Assembly: GCF_003044035.1 (NCBI RefSeq)
Contig: NZ_NVQC01000017.1
Coordinates: 120,001 to 152,000, forward strand
Direction: 5' to 3'
Source of the DNA: Candidatus Methylomirabilis limnetica
GTDB lineage: Bacteria > Methylomirabilota > Methylomirabilia > Methylomirabilales > Methylomirabilaceae
DNA length: 32,000 nt
Under the pieces are notes generated by a model that was given only the letters and a program-made list of their open reading frames with translations, did no database searches and was not told the origin of the DNA. Shown in pieces: positions 9,447 to 17,930 of the stretch (positions within the stretch are counted from its first letter, which is position 1; each line of letters opens with the position of its first letter). The position numbers were made by a program, and so were the translations under genes.

Positions 9447-10589
9447 ATGCGAGCAGCGCTCGAACCTATAAGAATCGAACCGATAAACGGGTCGCGGGAC
9501 CTTCGGCGGTTCATTCGCGTCCCCTGGTCGATCTACGTCGATGATCCCGCATGGGTCCCCCACCTGCTTCTCGAACGGCAGGAGCAGTTCTCCCGGCGTC
9601 ACCCGTACTTCGCGCACGCACGTTGTTGTTTCTGGCTCGCCTACCGCGGGAGGAAGCCTGTCGGCCGGATCAGTGCCCAGATTGACGCGTTACACGAGGC
9701 ACGGTATCGGGACGCCACCGGATTTTTCGGCCTGCTCGAAGCCGAGGACGAGGCAGAAACGTTTCACGCACTGTTGAGTACAGCGGAGGCCTGGCTGCGT
9801 GACCAAGGGATGTTGCGCATCCGCGGCCCATTCAACCTTTCGATCAACCAGGAGTGTGGGTTGCTCGTGGAGGGTTACGATACGCCTCCGATGGTCATGA
9901 TGGGCCATGCCCGCCCGTACTATGCAGGTCGGCTCGCAGCCGAGGGATATCATGGCGTCAAGGACCTGCTGGCCTATCATATTGCCACACATTTCACGCC
10001 TCCAGAACTCATGCGGATCATTTTGAGTCGAGCCGTAGGCGCCGTACGGATCAGGCCGATGCGCTGGTCATGTCTGAGCGAAGAACTCAAAATTCTTCGA
10101 GAGATCTATGAGGATGCGTGGTCGGCCAACTGGGGCTTCATTCCCTTCACAGAGGAGGAGTTTCGACACCTCGGGCATAGCCTGCGACTGCTGGTTGAGG
10201 ATGAGTACGTACAGATTGCGGAGGTGGATGGAGTACCGGTCGCGATGATCGTCGCCTTTCCGAATGTCAATGAGGCGATAAGCGATCTGAATGGACGTTT
10301 GTGTCCGTTTGGCTGGCTCAAGCTCTTGTGGCGGCTTAAGGTGAAGCATCCGAAAACGGCTCGTGTCGCCCTGATGGGCGTGCGCAAACGTTTTCAGGGA
10401 ACCGCGTTGGGGACCGCACTTGCGTTTATGCTCATTGATGCCGTGCGGGGCCATGGCCTTAGGCGTGGAGTCCAGGCGGTTGAGCTATCCTGGGTGTTGG
10501 AGGATAACAGACCGATGCGGAATATGCTTGCCATGATAGGAGGGGTGCCCTACAAACGCTACCGTATCTATGAAAAGGCGTTGAGATGA
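9447..10589 (+). CDS. bcerS: GNAT-fold N-acyltransferase, bacterial ceramide synthase candidate
   Basis: Motifs RISAQID, GPFNLSINQECGLLVEGYDTPPMVMMGHARPYY and a C-terminal GNAT core (MGVRKRFQGTALG) match a family I recall being annotated as N-acetyltransferase or mis-annotated as dATP pyrophosphohydrolase. It is divergent from the spt operon. ATG 9447 (MRAALEP) is preferred over the ORF start at 9348. Confidence 0.65.
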   Translation: MRAALEPIRIEPINGSRDLRRFIRVPWSIYVDDPAWVPHLLLERQEQFSRRHPYFAHARCCFWLAYRGRKPVGRISAQIDALHEARYRDATGFFGLLEAEDEAETFHALLSTAEAWLRDQGMLRIRGPFNLSINQECGLLVEGYDTPPMVMMGHARPYYAGRLAAEGYHGVKDLLAYHIATHFTPPELMRIILSRAVGAVRIRPMRWSCLSEELKILREIYEDAWSANWGFIPFTEEEFRHLGHSLRLLVEDEYVQIAEVDGVPVAMIVAFPNVNEAISDLNGRLCPFGWLKLLWRLKVKHPKTARVALMGVRKRFQGTALGTALAFMLIDAVRGHGLRRGVQAVELSWVLEDNRPMRNMLAMIGGVPYKRYRIYEKALR

Positions 10590-11380
10590 GCAATGGTCAG
10601 CCATTTACCGCAATTGTGCTAGCCGGGGACCGTGTATCGGACGACCCTGTGGCTCGCGCAGCGGGTGTCCCGTGCAAAGCGCTCGTGCCTGTTGGCGGCG
10701 TTCCCATGGTCCTTCGCGTGCTGGGCGCCTTGGCCGAGGCAGAAGAGATCGGCGATCGGGTGTTATGCGGGCCTGCGTGGCACGCAGTGGAGGCCAACGA
10801 TGAACTTCACAACCTGAGCGCGTCCGGGCAGGTGAAATGGATTGAGGCTCGTGAGACACCCAGTTCCAGCGTGTACGCCGTCATGCAGTCTCTCCCGCAG
10901 GAACACCCGGTTCTGTTGGTGACGGCGGACCACGCCCTCCTGCATGCCCGGCTGGTAGACTATTTCTGTTCGGAGGCTCGGATGAGGGACGCCGATGTCG
11001 TCGTCGGGCTGGCCGCATACGACCTAGTGGCGGCCACCTACCCGGAAATGCGGCGCACCGTACTCAAATTTCGGGACGGCGGGATCTGCGGATGCAACCT
11101 GTACGCGTTTCTGACCGTACGAGGCCGTTCCCTGGTGGAGTTCTGGGGTCAGGTTGAAGGACTACGCAAGAAACCGATCCAGCTTATCTCGAAACTGGGA
11201 TGGGTTCCCGCCCTGGGGTTTTTCTTCGGATGGCTCTCTCTTCGTCAGGCTCTCGCCCGACTCTCGCGGCGCCTGGACATCTCGATCGAGGTCGTTATGC
11301 TCCCATTCCCTGAGGCGGCATTGGACGTGGACACAGTCAGCGATTGGGATCTGGCTCAGAGAATCGCTGGGGGCAAGTGA
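10586..11380 (+). CDS. MobA-like NTP-transferase family protein
   Basis: The N-terminus AIVLAGDR...KALVPVGGVPM is typical of the NTP_transf_3/MobA-like fold. The ATG overlaps the bcerS-candidate stop as ATGA (10586-10589), so the two are translationally coupled. Confidence 0.7.
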   Translation: MSNGQPFTAIVLAGDRVSDDPVARAAGVPCKALVPVGGVPMVLRVLGALAEAEEIGDRVLCGPAWHAVEANDELHNLSASGQVKWIEARETPSSSVYAVMQSLPQEHPVLLVTADHALLHARLVDYFCSEARMRDADVVVGLAAYDLVAATYPEMRRTVLKFRDGGICGCNLYAFLTVRGRSLVEFWGQVEGLRKKPIQLISKLGWVPALGFFFGWLSLRQALARLSRRLDISIEVVMLPFPEAALDVDTVSDWDLAQRIAGGK

Positions 11381-12134
11381 TCGTAAACGAGGCCGAATGC
11401 TCCGAGTTGTCTGACCATGACGTGGCAAGATGGTGGGCATCCTCCAGGTCAGCAACACAATCCACCTCAGCCCACTTCAGGCCCTGGATGGGACAGGTCC
11501 AGACCAGGCCTGCCTGTGCCATTTCATCGATGACCGAGAGATACCAGTGCCTCAGGGCATCCGGTCCCCGCATCGCGCGGTCGATGGCATCAGAAAATAG
11601 GCCAGGCCCGCTTCCACGAAACAGCAGCATTCCGATCGACTCTCCATGGGACTGCTCCTGACTCAGGATCTTCCCCACCCTGAGCACCTTGCCTTCGTTG
11701 ACCGTTACCTTCATATCGTCGGCGTCATAGGCCGGCTTGCGGTCCGTGACGAGCGTGACCGGCCGGGACGGCGCATCCAGAAGACGCTCCAGAACGGCCG
11801 TCTCAAACAGCGTATCCCCGTTCAACAAAATAAAGTCCTCAGTCATCAGGTTACGGGCCAACCAACAACTAGCCAGATTATCGCTCACGGCAAAAAAGGG
11901 ATTGTACAGCGTGGTGATCTGGTTCGACCTGCCATGGCCCCGTACGAGCTGCTCCACCTTCTCAGCCTCGAAACCCACGATCACGGTCACCTGATCGACG
12001 CCGCACCTCATCAACTGAGCGATCTGCCACTCCACGAGGGACCGGCCACCGATCTGTAGGGCACATTTGGGGACCTCGGCTGTCAACGGGAGCAGGCGTC
12101 GTCCTTGTCCCGCGCTTAAGATGACGCACCTCAT
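11337..12134 (-). CDS. LicC/IPCT-like phospho-alcohol cytidylyltransferase (sugar/alcohol-phosphate nucleotidyltransferase)
   Basis: MRCVILSAGQGRRL provides the GxGxRL signature. Later ESIGMLLF and W-AEVD motifs resemble LicC-type enzymes. The ATG at 12134 follows a strong AGGAGGAG Shine-Dalgarno 7 nt upstream. The ORF-track start at 12167 is rejected. Confidence 0.75.
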   Translation of the reverse strand: MRCVILSAGQGRRLLPLTAEVPKCALQIGGRSLVEWQIAQLMRCGVDQVTVIVGFEAEKVEQLVRGHGRSNQITTLYNPFFAVSDNLASCWLARNLMTEDFILLNGDTLFETAVLERLLDAPSRPVTLVTDRKPAYDADDMKVTVNEGKVLRVGKILSQEQSHGESIGMLLFRGSGPGLFSDAIDRAMRGPDALRHWYLSVIDEMAQAGLVWTCPIQGLKWAEVDCVADLEDAHHLATSWSDNSEHSASFTITCPQRFSEPDPNR

Positions 12135-12391
12135 TGACCATCTCCTCCTGCGAACGCACGCCCGCACACCCTGACGTGCCGTTCGGCCTTATCTTCAATA
12201 AGTGTAGACTTGTGCGATCTGGCAGCAGTACGATACCATATAATCTCTTGGAAGAGGTAGATCCAAGATGGGCAAATCCACACAGCAGACTAGGGGATTC
12301 TAAGGAAGCGGTCAGCCATCAGCAGCAAGCTGTCAGCTTTTGATACGCCCCTTCACTTTATCCGAGGCTGATCGCTGAACACTTCATAACC

Positions 12392-13456
12392 ATGTCGATA
12401 CTCGATCGATATCTTACCCGGGAAATCGCCAAGCCGCTCTTCATCTTTTGCGGAGGGCTGTTACTGCTGTTTGCCAATTTTACGGCCATCCGTTATCTGA
12501 ATCAGGTAGCTGACGGCGTCATGCCCGCCCAAAGCGTCCTGCCGCTGGTCCTGGTCAGGGCTACGGTCGCGCTGGAGATCCTGCTGCCGATCGCGCTGCA
12601 CCTGTCGATTGTCGTGACCCTGGGACGTCTCTACACCGATTCCGAAATAACCGCCCTCTTTGGTTCCGGTGTCAGTCCGACACGGATAATACGCATCGTG
12701 TTCGCGGGTTCTCTCGTCGTAGCGGGGATCGTGGCATGTCTGTCCATCTATGCGCGACCATGGGCCAACCAAACCCGCTATCGCCTGGAACACCAAGCGG
12801 TTACCGATATCGATCTGAACGATATGAAGCCGGGCCACTTCTACGAAAACTCCTCCGGCACTGTCTTGTTCTTTCAACATCGCGACCAGAGCAGTGGCCG
12901 AATGCAGAAGGTCTTTATCCAGTCTCGGTCGGGGGATCTGGTTCGACTTATCCGGGCGGAGGAGGGTTATTACCCTGGGCCGGTGGAGACGAGTGCGGGC
13001 CAGACCCTGGTCTGTTCTGGAGCACAAATCTATGAGATCTCTCGAGATCAGGGCAGGGTGAGACATGCCGCATCTGACGGGCTGGTTCTCGAGTGGGAGA
13101 AATCGCATGCCCCCTCGGAGGAATTCAAGCGAAAAGCCGCCCCAACCTGGCAGTTAGCCCGCTCAGATTCGCCCAAGGATATCGCGGAGTTTCAATGGCG
13201 ACTGTCAACCCCGGTGGCCGCCTTTCTGATGGGATTGCTGGGCTTTCCTCTCGGTCGTGCCAAGGCACGCCAGGGCAAGTATGCCAAGCTGTTCGTGTCG
13301 GTGCTGTGTTATGTCATCTTCTATAATCTGAACATGATGGCGAGGACATGGGTTGCGCAGGGGGCTGTGAGCGCTGTTCCGGGTATCTGGTGGGTCCACC
13401 TTCTCTTGGGGGTCCTGGTTGCAGGCCTGTTGTGGAGAGGGATAACGCATCCATGA
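12392..13456 (+). CDS. lptF: LPS export ABC transporter permease LptF (YjgP/YjgQ family)
   Basis: The N-terminus MSILDRYLTREI is typical of the family. The architecture is multi-TM with a central periplasmic domain. It is paired with a downstream paralog through an ATGA overlap. Confidence 0.85.
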   Translation: MSILDRYLTREIAKPLFIFCGGLLLLFANFTAIRYLNQVADGVMPAQSVLPLVLVRATVALEILLPIALHLSIVVTLGRLYTDSEITALFGSGVSPTRIIRIVFAGSLVVAGIVACLSIYARPWANQTRYRLEHQAVTDIDLNDMKPGHFYENSSGTVLFFQHRDQSSGRMQKVFIQSRSGDLVRLIRAEEGYYPGPVETSAGQTLVCSGAQIYEISRDQGRVRHAASDGLVLEWEKSHAPSEEFKRKAAPTWQLARSDSPKDIAEFQWRLSTPVAAFLMGLLGFPLGRAKARQGKYAKLFVSVLCYVIFYNLNMMARTWVAQGAVSAVPGIWWVHLLLGVLVAGLLWRGITHP

Positions 13457-14520
13457 GTACAATCGATCGCCATATTTGGCTCAGGGTGATCAGGAGCTAT
13501 GCCCTTGTGATGGCCGTCCTGTTGTCTGTATTCAGCCTGATGGCATTCGTTACCGAGTTGGACTCGATAGGGCGCGGCACCTACGCGCTGTCCGACGCGG
13601 TCCTGAACGTCCTATTGACGATGCCGAGCCGGATGATCGAACTGGCGCCGGCGACTGCCCTCCTGGGGAGCATCATCGGCCTTGGCGAATTAGCGAGTAG
13701 TCATGAACTCATCGCGATGCAGGTCTTGGGCACCTCGCCACTGCGTATCGGATGGTCGGTGACCGTGACCGGCATCCTCCTCATGCTCGTAGTGGTAGGG
13801 GTGCAGGAGTGGGTGGCTCCGTCCACGGATCAGCTCGCCTACACGCGTCGCATCCAAGCGATCTCGAATCCGGAAGCTCTGCACACCAAGCAGGGATTCT
13901 GGTCGCGCGATGGGCAGCAATTTATCCGGGTACATCAGGTGCTGCCCGGTCGCATTCTCTCCGATGTCGAGATCTACGATTTCGACGACCACGACCGGTT
14001 ACGCCTGGTAACGTGGGCACAGCGAGCCGATCCCAAGGATTCGCAAGGGTGGGTACTTCTGAATGTGGTGCAACAAATAACCGAGGCGGAACGGGTCGTG
14101 ACGAAACGCCTTGCCAGTCTTCCATGGGCTGGAGCACTGACACCAGCGCAGGTGGAGTTGCTCGTCCTGCCAGTAGAGATTCTGTCCCGTTCGACCCTCG
14201 GCCAGCATATAGCATTCTTGAAAAAAACCGGCCAGGACGCAGAACGCTTAGAGATCAGGTTATGGCAGCAGATCACGATGCCCCTATCGACCCTGATGAT
14301 GGTACTCGTTGCTATCCCCTTTGTGCTCGGTCCCCTTCGGACGGCGACGGCGGGCAAGCGAATCCTTCACGGATCGCTGGTCGGGGCTGCCTTTCACCTG
14401 AGCAGCCTTTCTGTAGCCCATCTTGGAGCCATCTTGCATCTGAACGCGGCGCTGACCGTGTTAAGCCCGCTGGCCGTGCTGGGTGGGGTGACTGTGTGGG
14501 TGTACCGTCGTGTACGGTGA
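13453..14520 (+). CDS. lptG: LPS export ABC transporter permease LptG
   Basis: The ATG at 13453 (MSTIDRHIWLRV) overlaps the lptF stop. The architecture is YjgP/YjgQ-family. The ORF-track start at 13348 lies inside lptF and is rejected. Confidence 0.85.
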   Translation: MSTIDRHIWLRVIRSYALVMAVLLSVFSLMAFVTELDSIGRGTYALSDAVLNVLLTMPSRMIELAPATALLGSIIGLGELASSHELIAMQVLGTSPLRIGWSVTVTGILLMLVVVGVQEWVAPSTDQLAYTRRIQAISNPEALHTKQGFWSRDGQQFIRVHQVLPGRILSDVEIYDFDDHDRLRLVTWAQRADPKDSQGWVLLNVVQQITEAERVVTKRLASLPWAGALTPAQVELLVLPVEILSRSTLGQHIAFLKKTGQDAERLEIRLWQQITMPLSTLMMVLVAIPFVLGPLRTATAGKRILHGSLVGAAFHLSSLSVAHLGAILHLNAALTVLSPLAVLGGVTVWVYRRVR

Positions 14521-15474
14521 ACCCGTCGCCGAACCCGCCACCATTATCACTCGCTGATCCCCTGCAAAAAAACAGTGGTTCCCCGGGGAGTAGCCGCGCG
14601 ACGACGTTCGGACCTCCCATCCGTTAGACGACGGACGCACCTCGTAGACATGATACCCCGAACGATGCTCCGGCTTTGCACCGCGCGCAGAGGCAGAAGG
14701 GACTCCTATAATGGGAATAGTGCCTCGCACATCGGGAAGGTACGCCACGGAAGAATGATGAGTATGTCCGTGCAAAATCATCTCCACGCCGTGCCGAGCG
14801 AGAATGGCCCCCAAGGCGGCCCCGTCGGTGAGTCGTTTTCGCCACGCGACCATGGACTCTATAGGGGGATGATGGATGAGGAGGATTCTGAACAGGCCCT
14901 GTCGGCGGGTGAGATCGAGGATGTCGCCGAGTCTGTCCATCTGTGCAGCCCCCAGGCTTCCTGTGGCGAAAAAAGGAGCGGACGGGTGTGCGGAGGTCAC
15001 TCCAATCAGAGCGGCATGCCCGCGCACACGTACACTTGGAAAGAGTGTACGGTCTGGCGCCTGCTGTTCTCCAGTCTGCAATCCCAGATCGGAGGCCATA
15101 TAGGGTGCCCACAGAGCGAAGGTGTCCGTCCACGGAGTGCGGACGTATGCATCGTGGTTACCCGGGACAACGGTCACGTCAGTCGGTGAACCAAGGGTCT
15201 CCAGCCATTGTCGAGCTTGTTGGAATTCACCGGGGAGGCCAATCTGGGTCAGATCACCCGTAATCACGATGTGGTCCAGCGCCTGCTCACTCAGATCGTG
15301 AAGCAGAGCAGCTAAGATCTCAGGTGCGTGCTCATGACGACGCCGGAACCGCCAGGACAGATAACCGAGCGCGCGTTTGTTCAGGAGATCGCGGATCTTG
15401 ACGTCAACCAGTGAAGTGAGATGCAGATCAGAGAGGTGGGCGACCCTGAAGATCCCGTTCATCGACTTTGCCAT
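14461..15474 (-). CDS. Calcineurin-like metallophosphoesterase
   Basis: Ordered metallophosphoesterase motifs are present: SDLHL, GDLT, GNHD, HHPP and GHTHH. Its 3' end overlaps the lptG 3' end by 60 nt (convergent). Confidence 0.85.
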   Translation of the reverse strand: MAKSMNGIFRVAHLSDLHLTSLVDVKIRDLLNKRALGYLSWRFRRRHEHAPEILAALLHDLSEQALDHIVITGDLTQIGLPGEFQQARQWLETLGSPTDVTVVPGNHDAYVRTPWTDTFALWAPYMASDLGLQTGEQQAPDRTLFPSVRVRGHAALIGVTSAHPSAPFFATGSLGAAQMDRLGDILDLTRRQGLFRILLIHHPPIESMVAWRKRLTDGAALGAILARHGVEMILHGHTHHSSVAYLPDVRGTIPIIGVPSASARGAKPEHRSGYHVYEVRPSSNGWEVRTSSRGYSPGNHCFFAGDQRVIMVAGSATGSPYTTVHPHSHPTQHGQRA

Positions 15475-15481
15475 CCTGACG

Positions 15482-15540
15482 CGTAGCCATGCACAGCCGA
15501 GTTGTCGGGTTACGCTGCGCTAACCCGACCTACGGCTACG
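15482..15540. repeat. REP-like nested palindromic element
   Basis: The inner stem pairs GTCGGGTTA (15504-15512) with TAACCCGAC (15521-15529) around an 8-nt loop. The outer stem pairs CGTAGCC (15482-15488) with GGCTACG (15534-15540). Confidence 0.6.
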
Positions 15541-15696
15541 GCTGAGTGTTGATTGCTGAATGCTTTTTCAGAAAAATCAGTATAGCACAGCAACCTCGTT
15601 GGTGTGCTGAGAGGGGATGTGAAGAGGAGCATCCACCGCATAACGCCGGAAGCGCTTTGACTTTCACGTCAACTCTGGTATGGTGAAACCGGGCGC

Positions 15697-17100
15697 GTGA
15701 AACCGGTGTTGACGGCACTGGCACTCTTGGCCATGCAGGGTTTCGCCGCGGCTGCGGAGGAGGGTGGGACGCCATTGGGTCATCAGCTTGGGCTGGTCTG
15801 GGTGGCCCCATTCGCCCTGTTGCTCCTGTCCATTGCGGTACTGCCGCTGCTTATTCCACGCTGGTGGGAATCCAACCTCAACAAGGGGCTCGTCAGCGCC
15901 ACCTTCGCACTTCCCGTATTGTTCTACATCTTCAGGTTGGATAGTTCTCGCCTCATCGAGACGGGGATTGAGTATACGGCGTTTATCGTCCTACTCGCGG
16001 CCCTGTTTATCATCTCTGGCGGAATTCACCTGCGAGGTTCATTGCCTGGGACCCCTTTCACCAACACCGTCGTCCTGGCGATGGGGGCTATCCTAGCGAA
16101 CTTCATCGGAACCACAGGGGCCTCAATGCTTCTGATTCGTCCGATCCTTCGCACCAACGAGCGGCGTCGGCATCGGGCGCACATCGTGGTCTTCTTCATT
16201 TTCATCGTCTCGAATATCGGCGGGCTACTCACCCCACTCGGCGATCCGCCGCTCTTTCTCGGTTTTCTTAGAGGGGTGCCGTTCGAGTGGACGTTGAAAC
16301 TGCTGCCTCACTGGCTCCTGATGATCACGGCGCTGCTCATCATCTTCTACGTATGGGACCGACGTTGGTTTGAGGCCGAGCGAGCGACACACCAAGGGGC
16401 CGTAAGGGAGGATCTCGGGGTTCAGGAAAAGCTGAGCGTGGAAGGCAAGGTCAATTTCCTGCTATTACTGGGCGTACTCATGGTGGCCTTTGTTGTTGGG
16501 CGGTTCGGTGTCCAGATCGGTCTTCAGTCCGAGTATGCGCGACGGGGAGGGCAGGTGGTGGGGATGGGCATCCTCGCAGGCTTGTCCATGCTGATGACAC
16601 GCCGGGAAACGCGCGATGTCAACGGCTTCGCCTTTTACCCCATTGTGGAGGTGGCAGTGATCTTTGCAGGGATCTTCGCGACGATGATCCCTGCTCTGGC
16701 CATCCTGGAGGCTCGGGGAGGCGATCTCGGCCTCACGCACCCGTGGCAGTTCTTTTGGGTGACGGGGAGCCTCTCGGGCTTCCTCGACAACGCGCCGACC
16801 TATCTGACCTTCGCCTCGATGGCCAGTGGCCTGATGGGGACGGAAGCCGCACGTCTGGACCAGCTTTTGCGGGCCACAACTGGGGGCCTACATGGGGAGG
16901 CGCTCCTGACAGCGATCTCTGTTGGCGCCGTCTCCATGGGAGCGAATACCTATATTGGCAATGGCCCCAACTTCATGGTCAGGGCGATCGCGGAAGAGGC
17001 CGGGATCAAGATGCCGTCTTTCTTCGGGTACATGAAGTATACCATCGGCATCCTCCTTCCCCTGTTTCTCCTGGTCACCCTCGTCTTCTTCCGCCCATAG
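15697..17100 (+). CDS. ArsB/NhaD-superfamily permease (putative Na+/H+ antiporter or anion transporter)
   Basis: This is a 467-aa polytopic membrane protein with a GTG start. Its overall pattern resembles ion-transporter-superfamily permeases. The substrate cannot be deduced. Confidence 0.7.
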   Translation: MKPVLTALALLAMQGFAAAAEEGGTPLGHQLGLVWVAPFALLLLSIAVLPLLIPRWWESNLNKGLVSATFALPVLFYIFRLDSSRLIETGIEYTAFIVLLAALFIISGGIHLRGSLPGTPFTNTVVLAMGAILANFIGTTGASMLLIRPILRTNERRRHRAHIVVFFIFIVSNIGGLLTPLGDPPLFLGFLRGVPFEWTLKLLPHWLLMITALLIIFYVWDRRWFEAERATHQGAVREDLGVQEKLSVEGKVNFLLLLGVLMVAFVVGRFGVQIGLQSEYARRGGQVVGMGILAGLSMLMTRRETRDVNGFAFYPIVEVAVIFAGIFATMIPALAILEARGGDLGLTHPWQFFWVTGSLSGFLDNAPTYLTFASMASGLMGTEAARLDQLLRATTGGLHGEALLTAISVGAVSMGANTYIGNGPNFMVRAIAEEAGIKMPSFFGYMKYTIGILLPLFLLVTLVFFRP

Positions 17101-17110
17101 CTTCGTGGTG

Positions 17111-17632
17111 CTACCGCCCGCCCACCACAAAGTGCGCTCTTCGGTTCCATGCCCAGGCCGCCTCATCCTGACCCAGGACGAACGGGCGTTCCTTCCCGAA
17201 ACTCACGGTCTTGATACGCCTGGCATCGATTCCCGCCGCCACCAGGTAGTCCCTGATAGCCGTAGCCCGGCGTTCGCCCAGGCCCAGATTATATTCTGCC
17301 GTCCCGCGTTCGTCGCAGTGGCCTTCGATCGTGATCTGCGCCGTCGGATTGGCGTTAAGCCACTGAAGATCCTCGTTGAGATTTGGCTTTGCATCGTCGC
17401 GCATGGTCGATTTGTCGAAATCGAAGAAGATATCCTTGAGCGGTGACTCCTTCCCTGCCGGTTGTTGCGCAGATGGCGCTCCTATTGCCGGTGGCTCATG
17501 AACCGACGCAGCAGACCTGACCTCCTCCTCACCGGCAAGATCCGCACGCATCGGACAGCCTGAGAGCAGAAACGCGACAGTCAACAACAGCCCCGTGCTC
17601 GATATGTTCCTGAACCTCCATGGTTTCCCCAT
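17111..17632 (-). CDS. pal: OmpA-family peptidoglycan-associated lipoprotein (Pal-like)
   Basis: The lipobox LLSGC follows a hydrophobic signal sequence. The C-terminal OmpA domain reads TIEGHCDERGTAEYNLGLGERRA. The ATG at 17632 has a GAGGAGG Shine-Dalgarno 9 nt upstream. Confidence 0.85.
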   Translation of the reverse strand: MGKPWRFRNISSTGLLLTVAFLLSGCPMRADLAGEEEVRSAASVHEPPAIGAPSAQQPAGKESPLKDIFFDFDKSTMRDDAKPNLNEDLQWLNANPTAQITIEGHCDERGTAEYNLGLGERRATAIRDYLVAAGIDARRIKTVSFGKERPFVLGQDEAAWAWNRRAHFVVGGR

Positions 17633-17874
17633 TTGCTTTCGCCTCCTCAAAAGTGTCCCTTGCGGCGGAGCGACTTGCAGTGCCCGCCGCAACCTTGGAT
17701 CGATTCACGCCACACAAACGATGAATAGCCTCCTGCCAGCAGGCAAGACGGAAACGGGTAAGGAGCAAAGTAATTTCGGGTTATTTCGGCATGAAAGTAC
17801 CTATACTATTCGTCTGTAGGCTTGTCAATCGAATTCCTGGCCTTTTTGTACGTGACCCTCCAGGAGCGGGCGCG

Positions 17875-17903
17875 TTGACTCGGCGGAGGGTACGCGTAAT
17901 AAT
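17875..17903 (+). promoter_or_regulatory. Candidate sigma70-type promoter of the ABC/FtsX/AttH-like operon
   Basis: TTGACT (17875-17880) is followed by a 17-nt spacer and AATAAT (17898-17903). This sits about 28 nt upstream of the ATG at 17931. Confidence 0.4.
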
Positions 17904-17930
17904 GGGTTGGATCAGGGTGAGGGAGCGTGG

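Noticed and set aside
12239-12244. TATAAT hexamer upstream of lptF as a promoter -10
   Set aside because: No acceptable -35 element lies at a 16-18 nt spacing (the nearest, TTGTGC, is 23 nt away). The evidence is too weak to list as a feature.
12461-13108. 215-aa minus-strand ORF
   Set aside because: It is antisense to lptF and is Arg/Asp/Gln-rich with no motifs.
13752-14627. 291-aa plus-strand ORF
   Set aside because: It is an alternative frame of lptG with Arg/Gly/Ser-rich composition. The lptG frame has clear family features.
15536-15811. 91-aa minus-strand ORF upstream of the permease
   Set aside because: It overlaps the REP-like element and the permease 5' end. It is Pro/Arg-rich and has no ribosome-binding site.
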